Shown: positions 9,589-19,512 of the stretch, in pieces
How the letters are laid out: every line of letters begins with the position of its first letter
Numbering within the stretch: the stretch's first letter is position 1
NCBI RefSeq assembly: GCF_044792175.1
Contig: NZ_CP172866.1
Length of the DNA stretch: 64,000 nucleotides
Reading direction: 5' to 3' (one strand)
Source of the DNA: Corallococcus coralloides
GTDB taxonomy: Bacteria > Myxococcota > Myxococcia > Myxococcales > Myxococcaceae
Made by a program: the position numbers and the translations under genes
The notes under the pieces: generated by a model
Databases searched by the model: none
What the model was told of the DNA's origin: nothing
Seen by the model: only the letters and a program-made list of their open reading frames with translations

Positions 9589-10614
9589 ATGAACGTCCTG
9601 GTGACAGGGGGCTGCGGCTTCATCGGCTCCAACCTGGTGAAGTACCTCCGCCGCGAGCGGCCCGACTGGAAGATCATCAACCTCGACAAGCTCACGTACG
9701 CGGGCAACCTCGAGACCCTCGCCGACCTGGAAGGCGACCCGAAGCACGTCTTCGTGCGCGGCGACATCGGCAACCGGGAGCTGGTGGAGCACCTGCTCGT
9801 CCAGCACGGCGTCGACGCCGTGATGCACCTGGCGGCCGAGAGCCACGTGGACCGCTCCATCCTGGGCCCGGAGGTGTTCATCAACACCAACGTGCTGGGC
9901 ACCCAGCAGCTCCTGGAGGCCTGCCGCGCCCGGGGCGTGAAGCGCTTCCTGATGGTCTCCACCGACGAGGTCTACGGCTCGCTGGGCCCCACGGGCGCCT
10001 TCACGGAGACCTCTCCGCTGCAGCCCTCCAGCCCGTACTCCGCCTCCAAGACGTCCTCGGACCTCATCGCGCTGGCCTACCACCACACGTTCAAGATGGA
10101 CGTGGTGGTGACGCGCTGCTCGAACAACTACGGCCGCTACCAGTTCCCGGAGAAGCTCATCCCGCTGATGGTGGTGAACGCGCTGCACGACAAGCCGCTG
10201 CCCGTCTACGGCGACGGCGCCAACGTGCGCGACTGGCTCCACGTGGAGGACCACTGCCAGGGCCTGCTGGTGGCGCTGGAGAAGGGCCGTGCGGGCGAGG
10301 TCTACAACATCGGCGGCGGCTCCGAGCGGCGCAACATCGAGATCGTCAAGGGCATCCTGGGCCTCTTGAAGAAGCCCGAGTCGCTCATCCAGTACGTGGC
10401 GGACCGGCCCGGCCATGACCGGCGCTACGCCATCGACCCCACGAAGATCCGCACGGAGCTGGGCTATCAGCCGAAGCACACCTTCGAGCAGGGGCTGGCG
10501 GAGACGGTGACCTGGTACGTGGAGAACCGCGCCTGGTGGGAGCGCGTCACCAGCGGCGCCTACCGCCAGTACTTCGACACCCAGTACAAGGCCCGTCTGC
10601 AGGGGCGGGGTTAG
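9589..10614 (+). CDS. rfbB: dTDP-glucose 4,6-dehydratase
   Basis: The protein starts MNVLVTGGCGFIGSNLV and contains the YSASK catalytic motif. It aligns over its full length to RmlB. The ATG is at 9589 inside the listed ORF 7699..10614. Confidence 0.95.
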   Translation: MNVLVTGGCGFIGSNLVKYLRRERPDWKIINLDKLTYAGNLETLADLEGDPKHVFVRGDIGNRELVEHLLVQHGVDAVMHLAAESHVDRSILGPEVFINTNVLGTQQLLEACRARGVKRFLMVSTDEVYGSLGPTGAFTETSPLQPSSPYSASKTSSDLIALAYHHTFKMDVVVTRCSNNYGRYQFPEKLIPLMVVNALHDKPLPVYGDGANVRDWLHVEDHCQGLLVALEKGRAGEVYNIGGGSERRNIEIVKGILGLLKKPESLIQYVADRPGHDRRYAIDPTKIRTELGYQPKHTFEQGLAETVTWYVENRAWWERVTSGAYRQYFDTQYKARLQGRG

Positions 10615-10618
10615 CGCC

Positions 10619-11518
10619 ATGCGCTTCGTCGTCACGGGGGCCAACGGCCTGGTGGGCAGCCGCGTCTGCGCGCAGTTGACCGGGCGCGGACACGAAGTCG
10701 TGGGCCTGGGGCGCGGGCCCCGGCGCACGGGGGGCACGCACGGCTACGTGGAGGTGGACCTCACGCGCGAGCAGGACGTGGCTGCGGCCATCGCCCAGGC
10801 CCGTCCGGAGGCCATCATCCACCCCGCCTCCATGACGGAGGTGGACGCGTGTGAGAAGGACCCGGACGCGGCCTACGCGGCGAACGTCCACGCCACCGCG
10901 GCGGTGGCCCGCGCGGCGAAGGCGGCGGGCGCGCACCTGGTGCACGTCTCCACGGACTACGTCTTCGACGGGGACGCGGGGCCTTATTCGGAGGACGCGC
11001 TGCCCAACCCGCGCGGCGTCTACGCGCTGACCAAGCACATGGCGGAGCAGGCGGCGCGCGTCTTCGTGCCGGGCTGCGCCATCGCGCGCACCGCGGTGGT
11101 GTACGGCTGGCCCGCGGCGGGGCGCCCCAACTTCGGGGCCTGGCTGGTGGGGGCGCTGGAGAAGGGCCAGCCGGTGAAGCTCTTCGAGGACCAGGTGGTG
11201 TCCCCCAGCTTCGCGGACAGCGTGGCCGCCATGCTGGTGGAGCTGGGCGAGCGGCGGCTCGGCGGCGTGTGGAACACCTGCGGCGGCACGGTCATCGACC
11301 GGGTGGGCTTCGGCCGGGCGCTCTGCGAGGTGTTCGGCTTCGACGCGTCGCTCATCACCCCCACGCGGATGGCGGACCTGAAGCTGGCCAGCCCCCGCCC
11401 GCTGCGAAGCGGCCTCAAGACGGACAAGGTTCGTACGGAGCTGAAGGCCCAACCGCTGGAGCTGGCGGAGTCCCTGGCGCGCTTCCACGCGGCCTGGAAG
11501 GCGCACCGCGCCGGTTGA
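10619..11518 (+). CDS. rfbD: dTDP-4-dehydrorhamnose reductase
   Basis: The protein starts [16 protein letters not shown] and has YALTKHMAE. The RmlD-like fold begins 4 nt after the rfbB stop. Confidence 0.9.
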   Translation: MRFVVTGANGLVGSRVCAQLTGRGHEVVGLGRGPRRTGGTHGYVEVDLTREQDVAAAIAQARPEAIIHPASMTEVDACEKDPDAAYAANVHATAAVARAAKAAGAHLVHVSTDYVFDGDAGPYSEDALPNPRGVYALTKHMAEQAARVFVPGCAIARTAVVYGWPAAGRPNFGAWLVGALEKGQPVKLFEDQVVSPSFADSVAAMLVELGERRLGGVWNTCGGTVIDRVGFGRALCEVFGFDASLITPTRMADLKLASPRPLRSGLKTDKVRTELKAQPLELAESLARFHAAWKAHRAG

Positions 11519-11589
11519 GCATCCGCGCGTGGCGGCCGGGCCGCGCGCATCCGTTTCGCGGCCGCGCCGTGGAACACAGGGGAGCACGC

Positions 11590-12471
11590 ATGAAGGGAAT
11601 CATTCTGGCCGGGGGTTCGGGCACGCGCCTGTACCCGCTGACGCGCGTGGTGAGCAAGCAACTGCTGCCCGTCTACGACAAGCCGATGATCTACTACCCG
11701 CTGACGACGCTGATGCTGGCGGGCATCCGGGAGATCCTCGTCATCTCCACGCCGCAGGACCTGCCGCGCTTCCGCGAGCTGCTGGGCGACGGGGAGCAGT
11801 GGGGCATCCGCCTCCAGTACGCCGAGCAGCCGCGCCCGGAGGGCCTGGCGCAGGCGTTCGTCATCGGCCGGGACTTCGTGGGGAAGGATCCGGTGTCGCT
11901 CATCCTGGGTGACAACATCTTCTACGGCCACGGCATGGGGGAGCTCACGCAGCGCGCGTCGAAGCGCACGCAGGGCGCCACGGTGTTCGGCTACTACGTG
12001 AAGGATCCGGAGCGCTACGGCGTGGTGGAGCTCAACGCCCAGCACAAGGCCGTCAGCATCGAGGAGAAGCCGGCGAAGCCCAAGTCGCACTACGCCGTCA
12101 CGGGCCTGTACTTCTACGACAACCAGGTCATCGACATCGCGGCGAACCTCAAGCCGGGCAAGCGCGGCGAGTATGAGATCACCGACGTCAACGCGGAGTA
12201 CCTGCGCCGCGGCCAGCTCAACGTGGAGCTGATGGGGCGCGGCTATGCGTGGCTGGACACCGGCACGCACGAGTCGCTGATGCAGGCCTCCAACTACATC
12301 GAGATCATCGAGCGCCGTCAGGGCCTCAAGGTGGCCTGTCCGGAGGAGATCGCCTTCCGCATGGGCTACATCGACGAGCAGCGGCTGACGGCGCTGGCGG
12401 AGCCCATGCGCAAGAACGAATACGGCCAGTACCTGTTGGACCTGGTGGAGAAGCGGGGGGCGGTGTCGTGA
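11590..12471 (+). CDS. rfbA: Glucose-1-phosphate thymidylyltransferase
   Basis: The protein starts [18 protein letters not shown] and contains [11 protein letters not shown], both RmlA hallmarks. Confidence 0.95.
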   Translation: MKGIILAGGSGTRLYPLTRVVSKQLLPVYDKPMIYYPLTTLMLAGIREILVISTPQDLPRFRELLGDGEQWGIRLQYAEQPRPEGLAQAFVIGRDFVGKDPVSLILGDNIFYGHGMGELTQRASKRTQGATVFGYYVKDPERYGVVELNAQHKAVSIEEKPAKPKSHYAVTGLYFYDNQVIDIAANLKPGKRGEYEITDVNAEYLRRGQLNVELMGRGYAWLDTGTHESLMQASNYIEIIERRQGLKVACPEEIAFRMGYIDEQRLTALAEPMRKNEYGQYLLDLVEKRGAVS

Positions 12472-13013
12472 AGGTCACCCCGCTGGCGATTCCGGACGTC
12501 CTGCTCATCGAGCCGAAGGTGTTCGGCGACGACCGGGGCTTCTTCCTCGAGTCCTTCCACGCGAAGCGCTACGCGGACGTGGGCGTCGTGGGACCGTTCG
12601 TGCAGGACAACCTGTCGCGCTCGGTGAAGGGCACGCTGCGAGGGCTGCACTTCCAGGAGCCGAACGCGCAGGGCAAGCTGGTGCAGTGCCTGGCGGGCGC
12701 GGTGTGGGACGTGGCGGTGGACATCCGCAAGGGGTCGCCCACGTTCGGCCGCTGGGTGGCCGCGGAGCTGACGGGCGAGAACAAGCACCAGCTCTGGGTG
12801 CCGGCGGGCTTCGCGCACGGGTTCTGCGTGGTGAGCGACTCGGCGGACTTCTTCTACAAGTGCACGGCGCTGTACTCCCCGGAGTCCGAGCGCAGCGTGG
12901 TCTGGAATGATCCGGACCTGGCCATCCCCTGGCCCGTGAAGGAGCCCCTGCTCTCGCCCAAGGATCAGCGCGCGCCCCGGCTGAAGGACGCGCCCGTGCT
13001 GCCCGTCTTCTGA
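12468..13013 (+). CDS. rfbC: dTDP-4-dehydrorhamnose 3,5-epimerase
   Basis: The GTG start overlaps the rfbA stop (GTGA). The protein contains [15 protein letters not shown] and GLHFQ, an RmlC cupin. Confidence 0.9.
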   Translation: MKVTPLAIPDVLLIEPKVFGDDRGFFLESFHAKRYADVGVVGPFVQDNLSRSVKGTLRGLHFQEPNAQGKLVQCLAGAVWDVAVDIRKGSPTFGRWVAAELTGENKHQLWVPAGFAHGFCVVSDSADFFYKCTALYSPESERSVVWNDPDLAIPWPVKEPLLSPKDQRAPRLKDAPVLPVF

Positions 13014-13159
13014 CGTGAAAGGCGGCCGGGCAGGCGTGGCGTGGGGGGCTTGCCATTCCTCTCCTCCTGCGCGGTGAGCAGGCAGGGGGGCGGGCCTCGT
13101 CCCGGGGGTGGAAGCCAGCCGGGGGATGGAATGCCCAATCTCCTCCAAGGAGGAGACGC

Positions 13160-14221
13160 ATGGTCCTGCCCGGCAGGGGAATGAGTTGGAAGGAGTTCTT
13201 CAAATCCCTCAAGGACGAGTGGGGGCGCGACAACGTGGGCAACGTCGCGGGGGCGCTGACGTTCCAGAGCATCCTCGCGCTCTTCCCGTTCTTGCTGTTC
13301 CTCGTGTCGCTCGCGGGCGTGCTGATTGATCCGCACCAGGCGCAGCAGCTCATCCAGGAGCTGTCGAAGGTGGCGCCGCAGGAGGTGACGAAGATCCTCG
13401 GCGAGCGCCTGGAGGCGCTGGCGAGCAGCAATCCGGTGGGGCTCCTGACCATCGGTGGCGTGGGCGCCATCTGGGCGGCGTCGGGCGGTGTGGTGGCGCT
13501 GATGGAGGCGCTCAACACGGTCTACGGCGTGACGGAGAAGCGCCCGTTCTGGAAGAAGCGCGGCATCGCGCTCCTGACGACCCTGGGGACGGCGGTGACG
13601 GTGGTGCTGGCGGCGCTGGTCGCCATCGTGACGCCGGCCATCGCGAACAAACTGGGCGAGCCGTTCACCAGCATCGTGCTGTGGCTGCGCATGCCGGTTG
13701 CGGGCCTGCTGATGATGCTGCTCCTGGCGGTGCTGTACTACGTGCTGCCGGACGTGAAGCAGAAGTTCAAGTTCATCACCCCGGGGTCGGTGGTGAGCGT
13801 GATCATCTGGGTCATCGCCTCGTGGGGCTTCTCGAAGTACGTGTCGAACTTCGGCTCGTACGACGTGAACTACGGCGCCATCGGCGGTGTCATCGTGATG
13901 CTGCTGTGGATGCAGATCTCCTGCATGGTCGTGCTGCTGGGCGCGGAGATCAACGGCATCCTCGAGCACAAGTCGCCGGAAGGGAAGTCGCCGGGCGCGC
14001 GAGACCCGAACGCGCCGGGACCGAACGTGACGAAGTCGGAGGCGGAGGAGCGGGGCGCGAACCTGCCTGGCGCCACGGACTTCCGTCCCATCCCGCCCGA
14101 GCCGCGTTACGAGAGCCACCCGGTGGCGTTGAGCAAGACGCCGCTGGCCGCCGCGGCGAAGTGGGCGGCGGGCGTGGGCCTGGGCGTGTTCCTGATGCGC
14201 CGCAGGTCCGCCGCGCGGTAG
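13160..14221 (+). CDS. YihY/BrkB family inner membrane protein
   Basis: A GGAG lies 4 nt upstream of the ATG at 13160, and an alternative ATG lies at 13181. The protein has the motif GALTFQSILALFPFLLFLVSL typical of YihY/RNase BN-like membrane proteins and six TM helices. Confidence 0.8.
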   Translation: MVLPGRGMSWKEFFKSLKDEWGRDNVGNVAGALTFQSILALFPFLLFLVSLAGVLIDPHQAQQLIQELSKVAPQEVTKILGERLEALASSNPVGLLTIGGVGAIWAASGGVVALMEALNTVYGVTEKRPFWKKRGIALLTTLGTAVTVVLAALVAIVTPAIANKLGEPFTSIVLWLRMPVAGLLMMLLLAVLYYVLPDVKQKFKFITPGSVVSVIIWVIASWGFSKYVSNFGSYDVNYGAIGGVIVMLLWMQISCMVVLLGAEINGILEHKSPEGKSPGARDPNAPGPNVTKSEAEERGANLPGATDFRPIPPEPRYESHPVALSKTPLAAAAKWAAGVGLGVFLMRRRSAAR

Positions 14222-14234
14222 GCCCTGTCGTCCA

Positions 14235-14278
14235 GCGGCGGGCGGTCCTCGAAAGGGGGCCGCCCGTCGTCATTTTCA
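14235..14278 (+). terminator. Putative intrinsic terminator between convergent genes
   Basis: The stem cggcgggcgg/ccgcccgtcg spans about 14236-14245 and 14260-14269, with a tcctcgaaaggggg loop, and is followed by cattttc. Confidence 0.3.
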
Positions 14279-14761
14279 CGGCAGGGGGGAGGTGACGTAG
14301 TCCACCCCGTCGGAGTGGCAGCCGTGACAGGTCGAGTGGGCGCGGCCGTAGTAGTTCCGGGTGTAGTCGGGGCCGAAGCCCTCGTAGAAGATCCAGGTGG
14401 CCTTGCCGGGACCTTCCGCGACCTTCACGTCCAGCGCGTGGCCCCGGAGCGTCTTCCCGTCGTCCTCGAAGAGCTCCTTCACCAGGATGCTGCCCACGGG
14501 ATGCGTGGCGTTGCCGTCGCGCAGCGACCGCGCGACGACGTCGTTGAAGAACACGCGGACCTTGCTGCCGTGGGGCGCGCGTGTGTCGTGCACGGAGGGC
14601 TCCGCGAGCCAGGAGGTGTACTGGCCCGAGCGGACGAAGGCGGTGATGCCGGTCTCGGACGTGTCGATGCCCTGGACGACGCCGAGGCCCTCGTCCACGG
14701 AGGAGGAGGGGCCGCAGGCGGCGGAGAACAGGACCATGAGCGGCAGGAGGGGGGCGCGCAT
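14276..14761 (-). CDS. Lipoprotein with a single CXXCH motif (possible c-type haem-binding protein)
   Basis: The signal peptide carries the lipobox FSAAC. The protein has the motif STCHGCHSDG (CXXCH). Confidence 0.55.
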   Translation of the reverse strand: MRAPLLPLMVLFSAACGPSSSVDEGLGVVQGIDTSETGITAFVRSGQYTSWLAEPSVHDTRAPHGSKVRVFFNDVVARSLRDGNATHPVGSILVKELFEDDGKTLRGHALDVKVAEGPGKATWIFYEGFGPDYTRNYYGRAHSTCHGCHSDGVDYVTSPLP

Positions 14762-14809
14762 GGTCAGGACTACGCCGGGGGCGAGGGGGCGGTTACAGCC
14801 GGGCCCGGC

Positions 14810-15430
14810 TCAGCGGGGCGCGTAGTTGTGGCTCAGGTCGAAGACGAGCGTCTTCACGATGGGCGGGATGGAGAGCTCGATGCGGCCCCGGTTCAGGTCT
14901 CCGTGGGTGACCTGGTAGGAGAGGCCGCCGAACTCGTCATCGAAGGTGTAGTTGTCGTTGTCGAAGATGGAGATTTCGAGCGGGTAGCGCAGCAGGTTGG
15001 AGGTGATGATCTGGCAGCCGCCGGTGCGCCATTCGGGATCCCAGCTCTCGCTTTCCTCGGTGCGGGTGCGCTCGGGAGCGGAGGGGCAGTTCATCTCCAC
15101 GACGACGTCCGGCGGGGAGCCGTCGGAGTCCCAGTCCTCGCCCGTGTCCGGGTCGACGTCCGCGATGGTGGCGTACCGGGGCTGGATGAAGGTGCGCATC
15201 ACGCCCACGTAGCAGGTGTGCTGGTCGAGCCGGCAGACACTGCCCTCCGCGCAGGGTTCACAGACGCTGCCATCGGGGCCGCATTCCGAGTCGCTCCGGA
15301 ACGAGATGCACTCGTTGAACGAGGAGCAGCACCCGTCCGCGCAGTTCTCCGGGGTGCAGTCGTAGGGACCGCAGGCGGGGAGCCACAGCGCGCACATCAG
15401 GATGAACATCCAACCGCCGAGGACTTTCAT
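14810..15430 (-). CDS. Cys-rich secreted protein, paralog A of a two-member family in this window
   Basis: The protein has a signal peptide and about 12 Cys in its first 70 residues (CGPYDCTPENCADGCCSSFNEC...). Its conserved block DWDSDGSPPDVVVEMNCPSAP is shared with the protein encoded at 19500..20159. Confidence 0.6.
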   Translation of the reverse strand: MKVLGGWMFILMCALWLPACGPYDCTPENCADGCCSSFNECISFRSDSECGPDGSVCEPCAEGSVCRLDQHTCYVGVMRTFIQPRYATIADVDPDTGEDWDSDGSPPDVVVEMNCPSAPERTRTEESESWDPEWRTGGCQIITSNLLRYPLEISIFDNDNYTFDDEFGGLSYQVTHGDLNRGRIELSIPPIVKTLVFDLSHNYAPR

Positions 15431-15453
15431 GAGCGCGGTGAACGCTACCCGCT

Positions 15454-15960
15454 TCAGGGCCTTCCGTCCCGGGCCTTGCGTGCGATGGCTTTCTCGTAGG
15501 CGGCCTGAAGCTCCCGGAACACCGAGCGGGGAGGGCGCGGCGCGTCCAGGTGCAGGTGGCGCAGCTCCTTCATGAACGCGTTCCAGAGGGGCGGGCCGCC
15601 CTTTTCAAGCAGCTCCGCGCGCACCGAAAGCTCCTCGGTCACCTGCGTGTGCCGGCGGCCCCAGGCGCCCAGGTGCGCGAGCAGGGGCACCAGTTGGATG
15701 GACGCCTCCGTGAGGCTGTAGATGCCCTTCTGCTGGTGGTTCGGATCCGGGCGGCGCGACAGCAGGCCGGACGCGGTCAGGCGCTTCAGCCGGTCCGCGA
15801 GGATGTTGGAGGCGATGCCCTCCTCGCTCCGTGAGAGCAGGTCACCGTAGCTGCGCCGGTTCCCGAACATGACGTCGCGGATGACGATCAGGCTCCAGCG
15901 GTCGCCGAGCTGTTCGAGCGTCAGGTTGATGGGGCAGCCGGAGCGCCCTGTCTGCGGCAT
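15454..15960 (-). CDS. HxlR-family (MarR-like) transcriptional regulator
   Basis: From the internal Met the protein reads MPQTGRSGCPINLTLEQLGDRWSLIVIRDVMFG, the HxlR winged-HTH signature. The gene is divergent from a GST gene. Confidence 0.85.
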   Translation of the reverse strand: MPQTGRSGCPINLTLEQLGDRWSLIVIRDVMFGNRRSYGDLLSRSEEGIASNILADRLKRLTASGLLSRRPDPNHQQKGIYSLTEASIQLVPLLAHLGAWGRRHTQVTEELSVRAELLEKGGPPLWNAFMKELRHLHLDAPRPPRSVFRELQAAYEKAIARKARDGRP

Positions 15961-16044
15961 GGCCGTGCTCCTGGGGATGCTGCTTGCAGTATGCAAGGGG
16001 TCGAAATACGGTTCAACCCATTGTGAAACGCAAGGGGTCGGACG

Positions 16045-16704
16045 ATGTCGCTCGCGGTCTACGGTCACTACTTCTCTTCGTACACGCAGAAGGTGCTCAT
16101 CGCGCTGTATGAGAACGGAACGCCCTTCGAGTTTCGAAGCATCAGCCCGGAGACGCCGGAGCACTCAGCCGAGTGGCTGCGCCGCTGGCCGCTGCGCAAG
16201 TTCCCGCTGCTGGTGGACGGTGACCGTCAGGTCGTCGAGACGAGCATCATCATCGAGTACCTCCAGCTCAAGCATCCCGGGCCGGTGCGCCTGCTGCCCG
16301 AGGATCCGATGGCCGCGCTGGACGTGCGGTTCCTCGACCGGTTCTTCGACCTGCACGTCATGAACGCGGCCCAGCACGCCGTGGACGGGGCGTTGACGGG
16401 GGACCCGGTGAAGCGCCAGGACGGGATGAAGCTGGCGGTGGAGAAGCTGGAGCGCGCCTACGGCTGGATTGAAGGGCAGTTGGGTGGCCGAACCTGGGCG
16501 GCGGGCAACGACTTCACGTTGGCGGACTGTGCGGCGGCGCCGTCGCTGTTCTACGCGGACTGGACGCACCGGATTCCCGAGTCGTGTCCCCAACTGCGCG
16601 CCTATCGCGCGAGGTTGCTCGCGCGTCCGTCTGTTGCCCGTGCGGTGGACGGGGGCCGGCCGTATCGGCATCTCTTCCCGCTGGGAGCGCCGGACCGCGA
16701 TTGA
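16045..16704 (+). CDS. Glutathione S-transferase
   Basis: The protein has the GST N-terminal thioredoxin-like and C-terminal helical domains (LPEDPMAALDVRFLDRF..., TLADCAAAPSLFYADW). Confidence 0.85.
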   Translation: MSLAVYGHYFSSYTQKVLIALYENGTPFEFRSISPETPEHSAEWLRRWPLRKFPLLVDGDRQVVETSIIIEYLQLKHPGPVRLLPEDPMAALDVRFLDRFFDLHVMNAAQHAVDGALTGDPVKRQDGMKLAVEKLERAYGWIEGQLGGRTWAAGNDFTLADCAAAPSLFYADWTHRIPESCPQLRAYRARLLARPSVARAVDGGRPYRHLFPLGAPDRD

Positions 16705-16711
16705 GCGAGGC

Positions 16712-18490
16712 TCAGGGCCGCGGGGGAGGGGAGACCGCGGCCATGATGTATCGGGGCAGGAGCTCCTCGCGGAACTTCCGCCAGAGGGAGACGTGGTTGT
16801 AGTTGCCGGCGGTGAAGAGCACGACGAGGTCCAGCTCCGGGACGACCATCACGAGCTGGCCACCGTTCCCGCTGGCTTCGTACTGTGAATACACCCGGTC
16901 ACCGACGCGAAGCTCATGGCGCCACCACGTGTAGCCATAGGTTCGCCCGTCTGGCATCGTCGCCTGTTTCGCGACGGAGCGTTCCACCCAGCGCTGGCTG
17001 ACCACGCGCTTCCCGTTCCAGGTGCCGCCGGAGAGGTAGAGCTGCCCGAGCTTCAGGGCGTCACGAGGGCGCATGTAGATGCCGCCACCCAGGTACTGCT
17101 CACCGTCGGGCATGAGGTCCAGGTGGTAGCCGCGCATCTGGAGGGGCGTGGCGACGTTCTTCGTGAAGAACTCGGGGATCCAGGTACGGGTGGTGTTGCG
17201 GAGGACGCCGCCGAGGAGGTTGATGTTCGCGGAGCAGTACACGGCCTTCCCGCCGCCGGGAGCGCGGACCATGGGGAGGTCCAGCGTGTACTTGTACCAA
17301 TCCGGTACGGAGTCCTCGAGCCGGTCCTCGTTGCCGGGTGACTCTGGATTGTCGTCGTCACAGGCCAGGCCCGTCGCCATGGTCATCAGGTGCGCGACGG
17401 TGACCTTGCGCTTGCGAGCGTCCAGGTTGGAGAGCTTGCCCTTGTACTCAGGGAAGAGTGAGACGACGGGCGTGTCCACGGTGAACGGGGCGCCCTGGTC
17501 CAGGGCGATGCCGATGAGCAGGGACGCATAGGACTTGGAGGAGGACCGCAGGTCGTGGGGACGCTCCTTGTCGAAGCCCTGGAAGTACTCTTCGGCGATG
17601 AGCTTTCCGTGGCGCGCGATGAGCAGGCCCTGGATGGCGGGCACGGACTCCGGGCTCGGTTCCTGGTCGAGGATGCGCTGCACGAGCTGCTGGAGCGGCT
17701 GGACGTCCATGCCGACGTCCGCAGGGGAGGCCGTGGTCCAGCCATCGTCCTCCGCGATGGGCTTCTGGTAGGCGTAGGGGCCAGGAGCAGGAGTGCGGGA
17801 GTAGAGCCCCACGGCCTGCGAGCGGTCCCGACGAGTGAAGTCGAAGCTCGTGTCAAAGGGAGGGTAGGGGAGAGACAGCCGTCCGGACTGCTCGTCGAAC
17901 GTGCCTTCAATCTGGGTGTCACTCTTGGTGTCCGTGAGCCGGACCGTGCGGTCCTGAAGCTCCACACGGAACAGCATCCGGTTGCCGAAGTTCCGCTCCG
18001 GGTTGCGAATGAACGCCGTCACGGAGCCGTCAGGCTGCTTCTGGACGACAAGATACAGCGAGAACCGGTCCTCCAGCGGAGCCACGTTGCCGCGCCAGAC
18101 ACCCGGCTGGAGCGCGCGCAGTTCCACGGGAGAGGCGAACTTCATGCCGCTCATGAGCACACGCGGTTGGATCCAGTGACCCGTGATGCTCTGACTGTTC
18201 TCCATCAACGTCGCTCGGAGTTCTCCTCCTGGGAAGACGACGGACACCTTGCAGCCCTCGAACCGGGCAGGAACATCGAATCCGCCGATGCGCGCGCGCC
18301 AAGTGTCCCCATGCCGGACCAGCGTCAGCTCACCCTGAACCTGAGGCCCAAGAATACGCTCACTGCCCCAGATGCCCACCAACGCCTCCGCAGACATGGG
18401 GACAGCGCCGACATGGAAAGGCAGCAGCGCCAACAGGAGCCCGATGAGCCTTCGGGAGCTGGAGTGCACGGTGGATGCGTGGAGGGTCAT
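16712..18490 (-). CDS. Secreted serine hydrolase, beta-lactamase/transpeptidase-like fold with an N-terminal extra domain
   Basis: The protein has a signal peptide. SSSKSY (an S-x-x-K active-site motif) lies at about residue 316 in a beta-lactamase-like C-terminal half, and YAN lies downstream. Confidence 0.8.
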   Translation of the reverse strand: MTLHASTVHSSSRRLIGLLLALLPFHVGAVPMSAEALVGIWGSERILGPQVQGELTLVRHGDTWRARIGGFDVPARFEGCKVSVVFPGGELRATLMENSQSITGHWIQPRVLMSGMKFASPVELRALQPGVWRGNVAPLEDRFSLYLVVQKQPDGSVTAFIRNPERNFGNRMLFRVELQDRTVRLTDTKSDTQIEGTFDEQSGRLSLPYPPFDTSFDFTRRDRSQAVGLYSRTPAPGPYAYQKPIAEDDGWTTASPADVGMDVQPLQQLVQRILDQEPSPESVPAIQGLLIARHGKLIAEEYFQGFDKERPHDLRSSSKSYASLLIGIALDQGAPFTVDTPVVSLFPEYKGKLSNLDARKRKVTVAHLMTMATGLACDDDNPESPGNEDRLEDSVPDWYKYTLDLPMVRAPGGGKAVYCSANINLLGGVLRNTTRTWIPEFFTKNVATPLQMRGYHLDLMPDGEQYLGGGIYMRPRDALKLGQLYLSGGTWNGKRVVSQRWVERSVAKQATMPDGRTYGYTWWRHELRVGDRVYSQYEASGNGGQLVMVVPELDLVVLFTAGNYNHVSLWRKFREELLPRYIMAAVSPPPRP

Positions 18491-18525
18491 CGAATGACTT
18501 TGGTTCTGGATGTTATAGCCCGGTC

Positions 18526-19512
18526 ATGCGATCCGACCTGGCAGAACGCTGGCTCACACCCGATGGTCAGCGCCGGCGCGAGCGCTTGATCGCCTCGGGA
18601 TTTCAAGGACCCTGGCGTGAAGTCCTCAAGGGCTTTCCGGGAGCAGATGCATTGGGACCCCACGTGGGGGATCTCCGAGGCATCGACCTCGCTCAGGAAG
18701 AGCTACCGGGCGCGGAGTTCGTTCATGTTCGGCTCGATGGCGCCCGCCTGGATGACTGCGGGCTCAACGAGGCGCGGCTCGACTTCACCACGCTGTCTGG
18801 TGCCTCGCTGACCTGGGCGCGCATGGAGCGCGCCAGCCTGATGGCTTGCGTCGCGATGGCCACGTGCTGGGACGATGCTTCCTTGGAAGGGGCAGTCCTC
18901 ACGGCTTCAAACCTGGTTCACGGCTCATTCCGTCGCGCCCGACTTCAGGGCGCCCGTTTGACCGCAGCGACGTTGATGAAGGCGGACCTGCGCTGCGCTG
19001 ATCTCCGAGGCGCGGAGTTGTCCTTCTGTGACATGGAGGAAGCGTGCGTCGCGGGTGTTCGCACGGATTGGCCTCGCACCTATGGGCGGGCAGGGCTGGG
19101 CAATGCGGACGTGAGCTATTACCGGGATCATGGCGGGTACCCATCATTCATGGATGCCATCCTGCTCGACCCGGGTATGCGCGCGCTCCGATGGTTGGAC
19201 AGGAAGGAAATCCTGATGCATGTGGAAGCAGCGGTCGAGATGAGCCCCGCGGTGGATGCTGAAATCCTCGCGCTCCTCCTGGATCCAGACTTTGAGGCAG
19301 CGGTGCGCTTACGACTCGAGGCCCCGGATGAGCTGCGGTACGAGGCTGCCTCCAGCCTCATGTGGGCTCTTGGCTTGGATCAAAGCAAGAATGTGTGGGG
19401 ACGCTCAGGGGTGTCGATTTGTCAGCGCTGGATGGCAAACCTCCGCAAGAACATGGCCGCCAGCATCCAACAACGCTGGCGGCGGGCCGAGGTGTCCGTC
19501 TATTCGGCGTAG
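18526..19512 (+). CDS. Pentapeptide-repeat protein
   Basis: The protein has runs of A(D/N)L-type pentapeptides (TLSGASLTWARMERASLMACVAMATCWDDASLEGAVLTASNLVHGSFRRARLQGARLTAATLMKADLRCADLRGAEL). I chose the internal ATG at 18526. Confidence 0.7.
   Translation: MRSDLAERWLTPDGQRRRERLIASGFQGPWREVLKGFPGADALGPHVGDLRGIDLAQEELPGAEFVHVRLDGARLDDCGLNEARLDFTTLSGASLTWARMERASLMACVAMATCWDDASLEGAVLTASNLVHGSFRRARLQGARLTAATLMKADLRCADLRGAELSFCDMEEACVAGVRTDWPRTYGRAGLGNADVSYYRDHGGYPSFMDAILLDPGMRALRWLDRKEILMHVEAAVEMSPAVDAEILALLLDPDFEAAVRLRLEAPDELRYEAASSLMWALGLDQSKNVWGRSGVSICQRWMANLRKNMAASIQQRWRRAEVSVYSA

Noticed and set aside
12965-14119. ORF 12965..14119(-) and 12505..13518(-)
   Set aside because: They are antisense to the YihY gene and the rfbC end. 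Their translations are R/H/P-rich.
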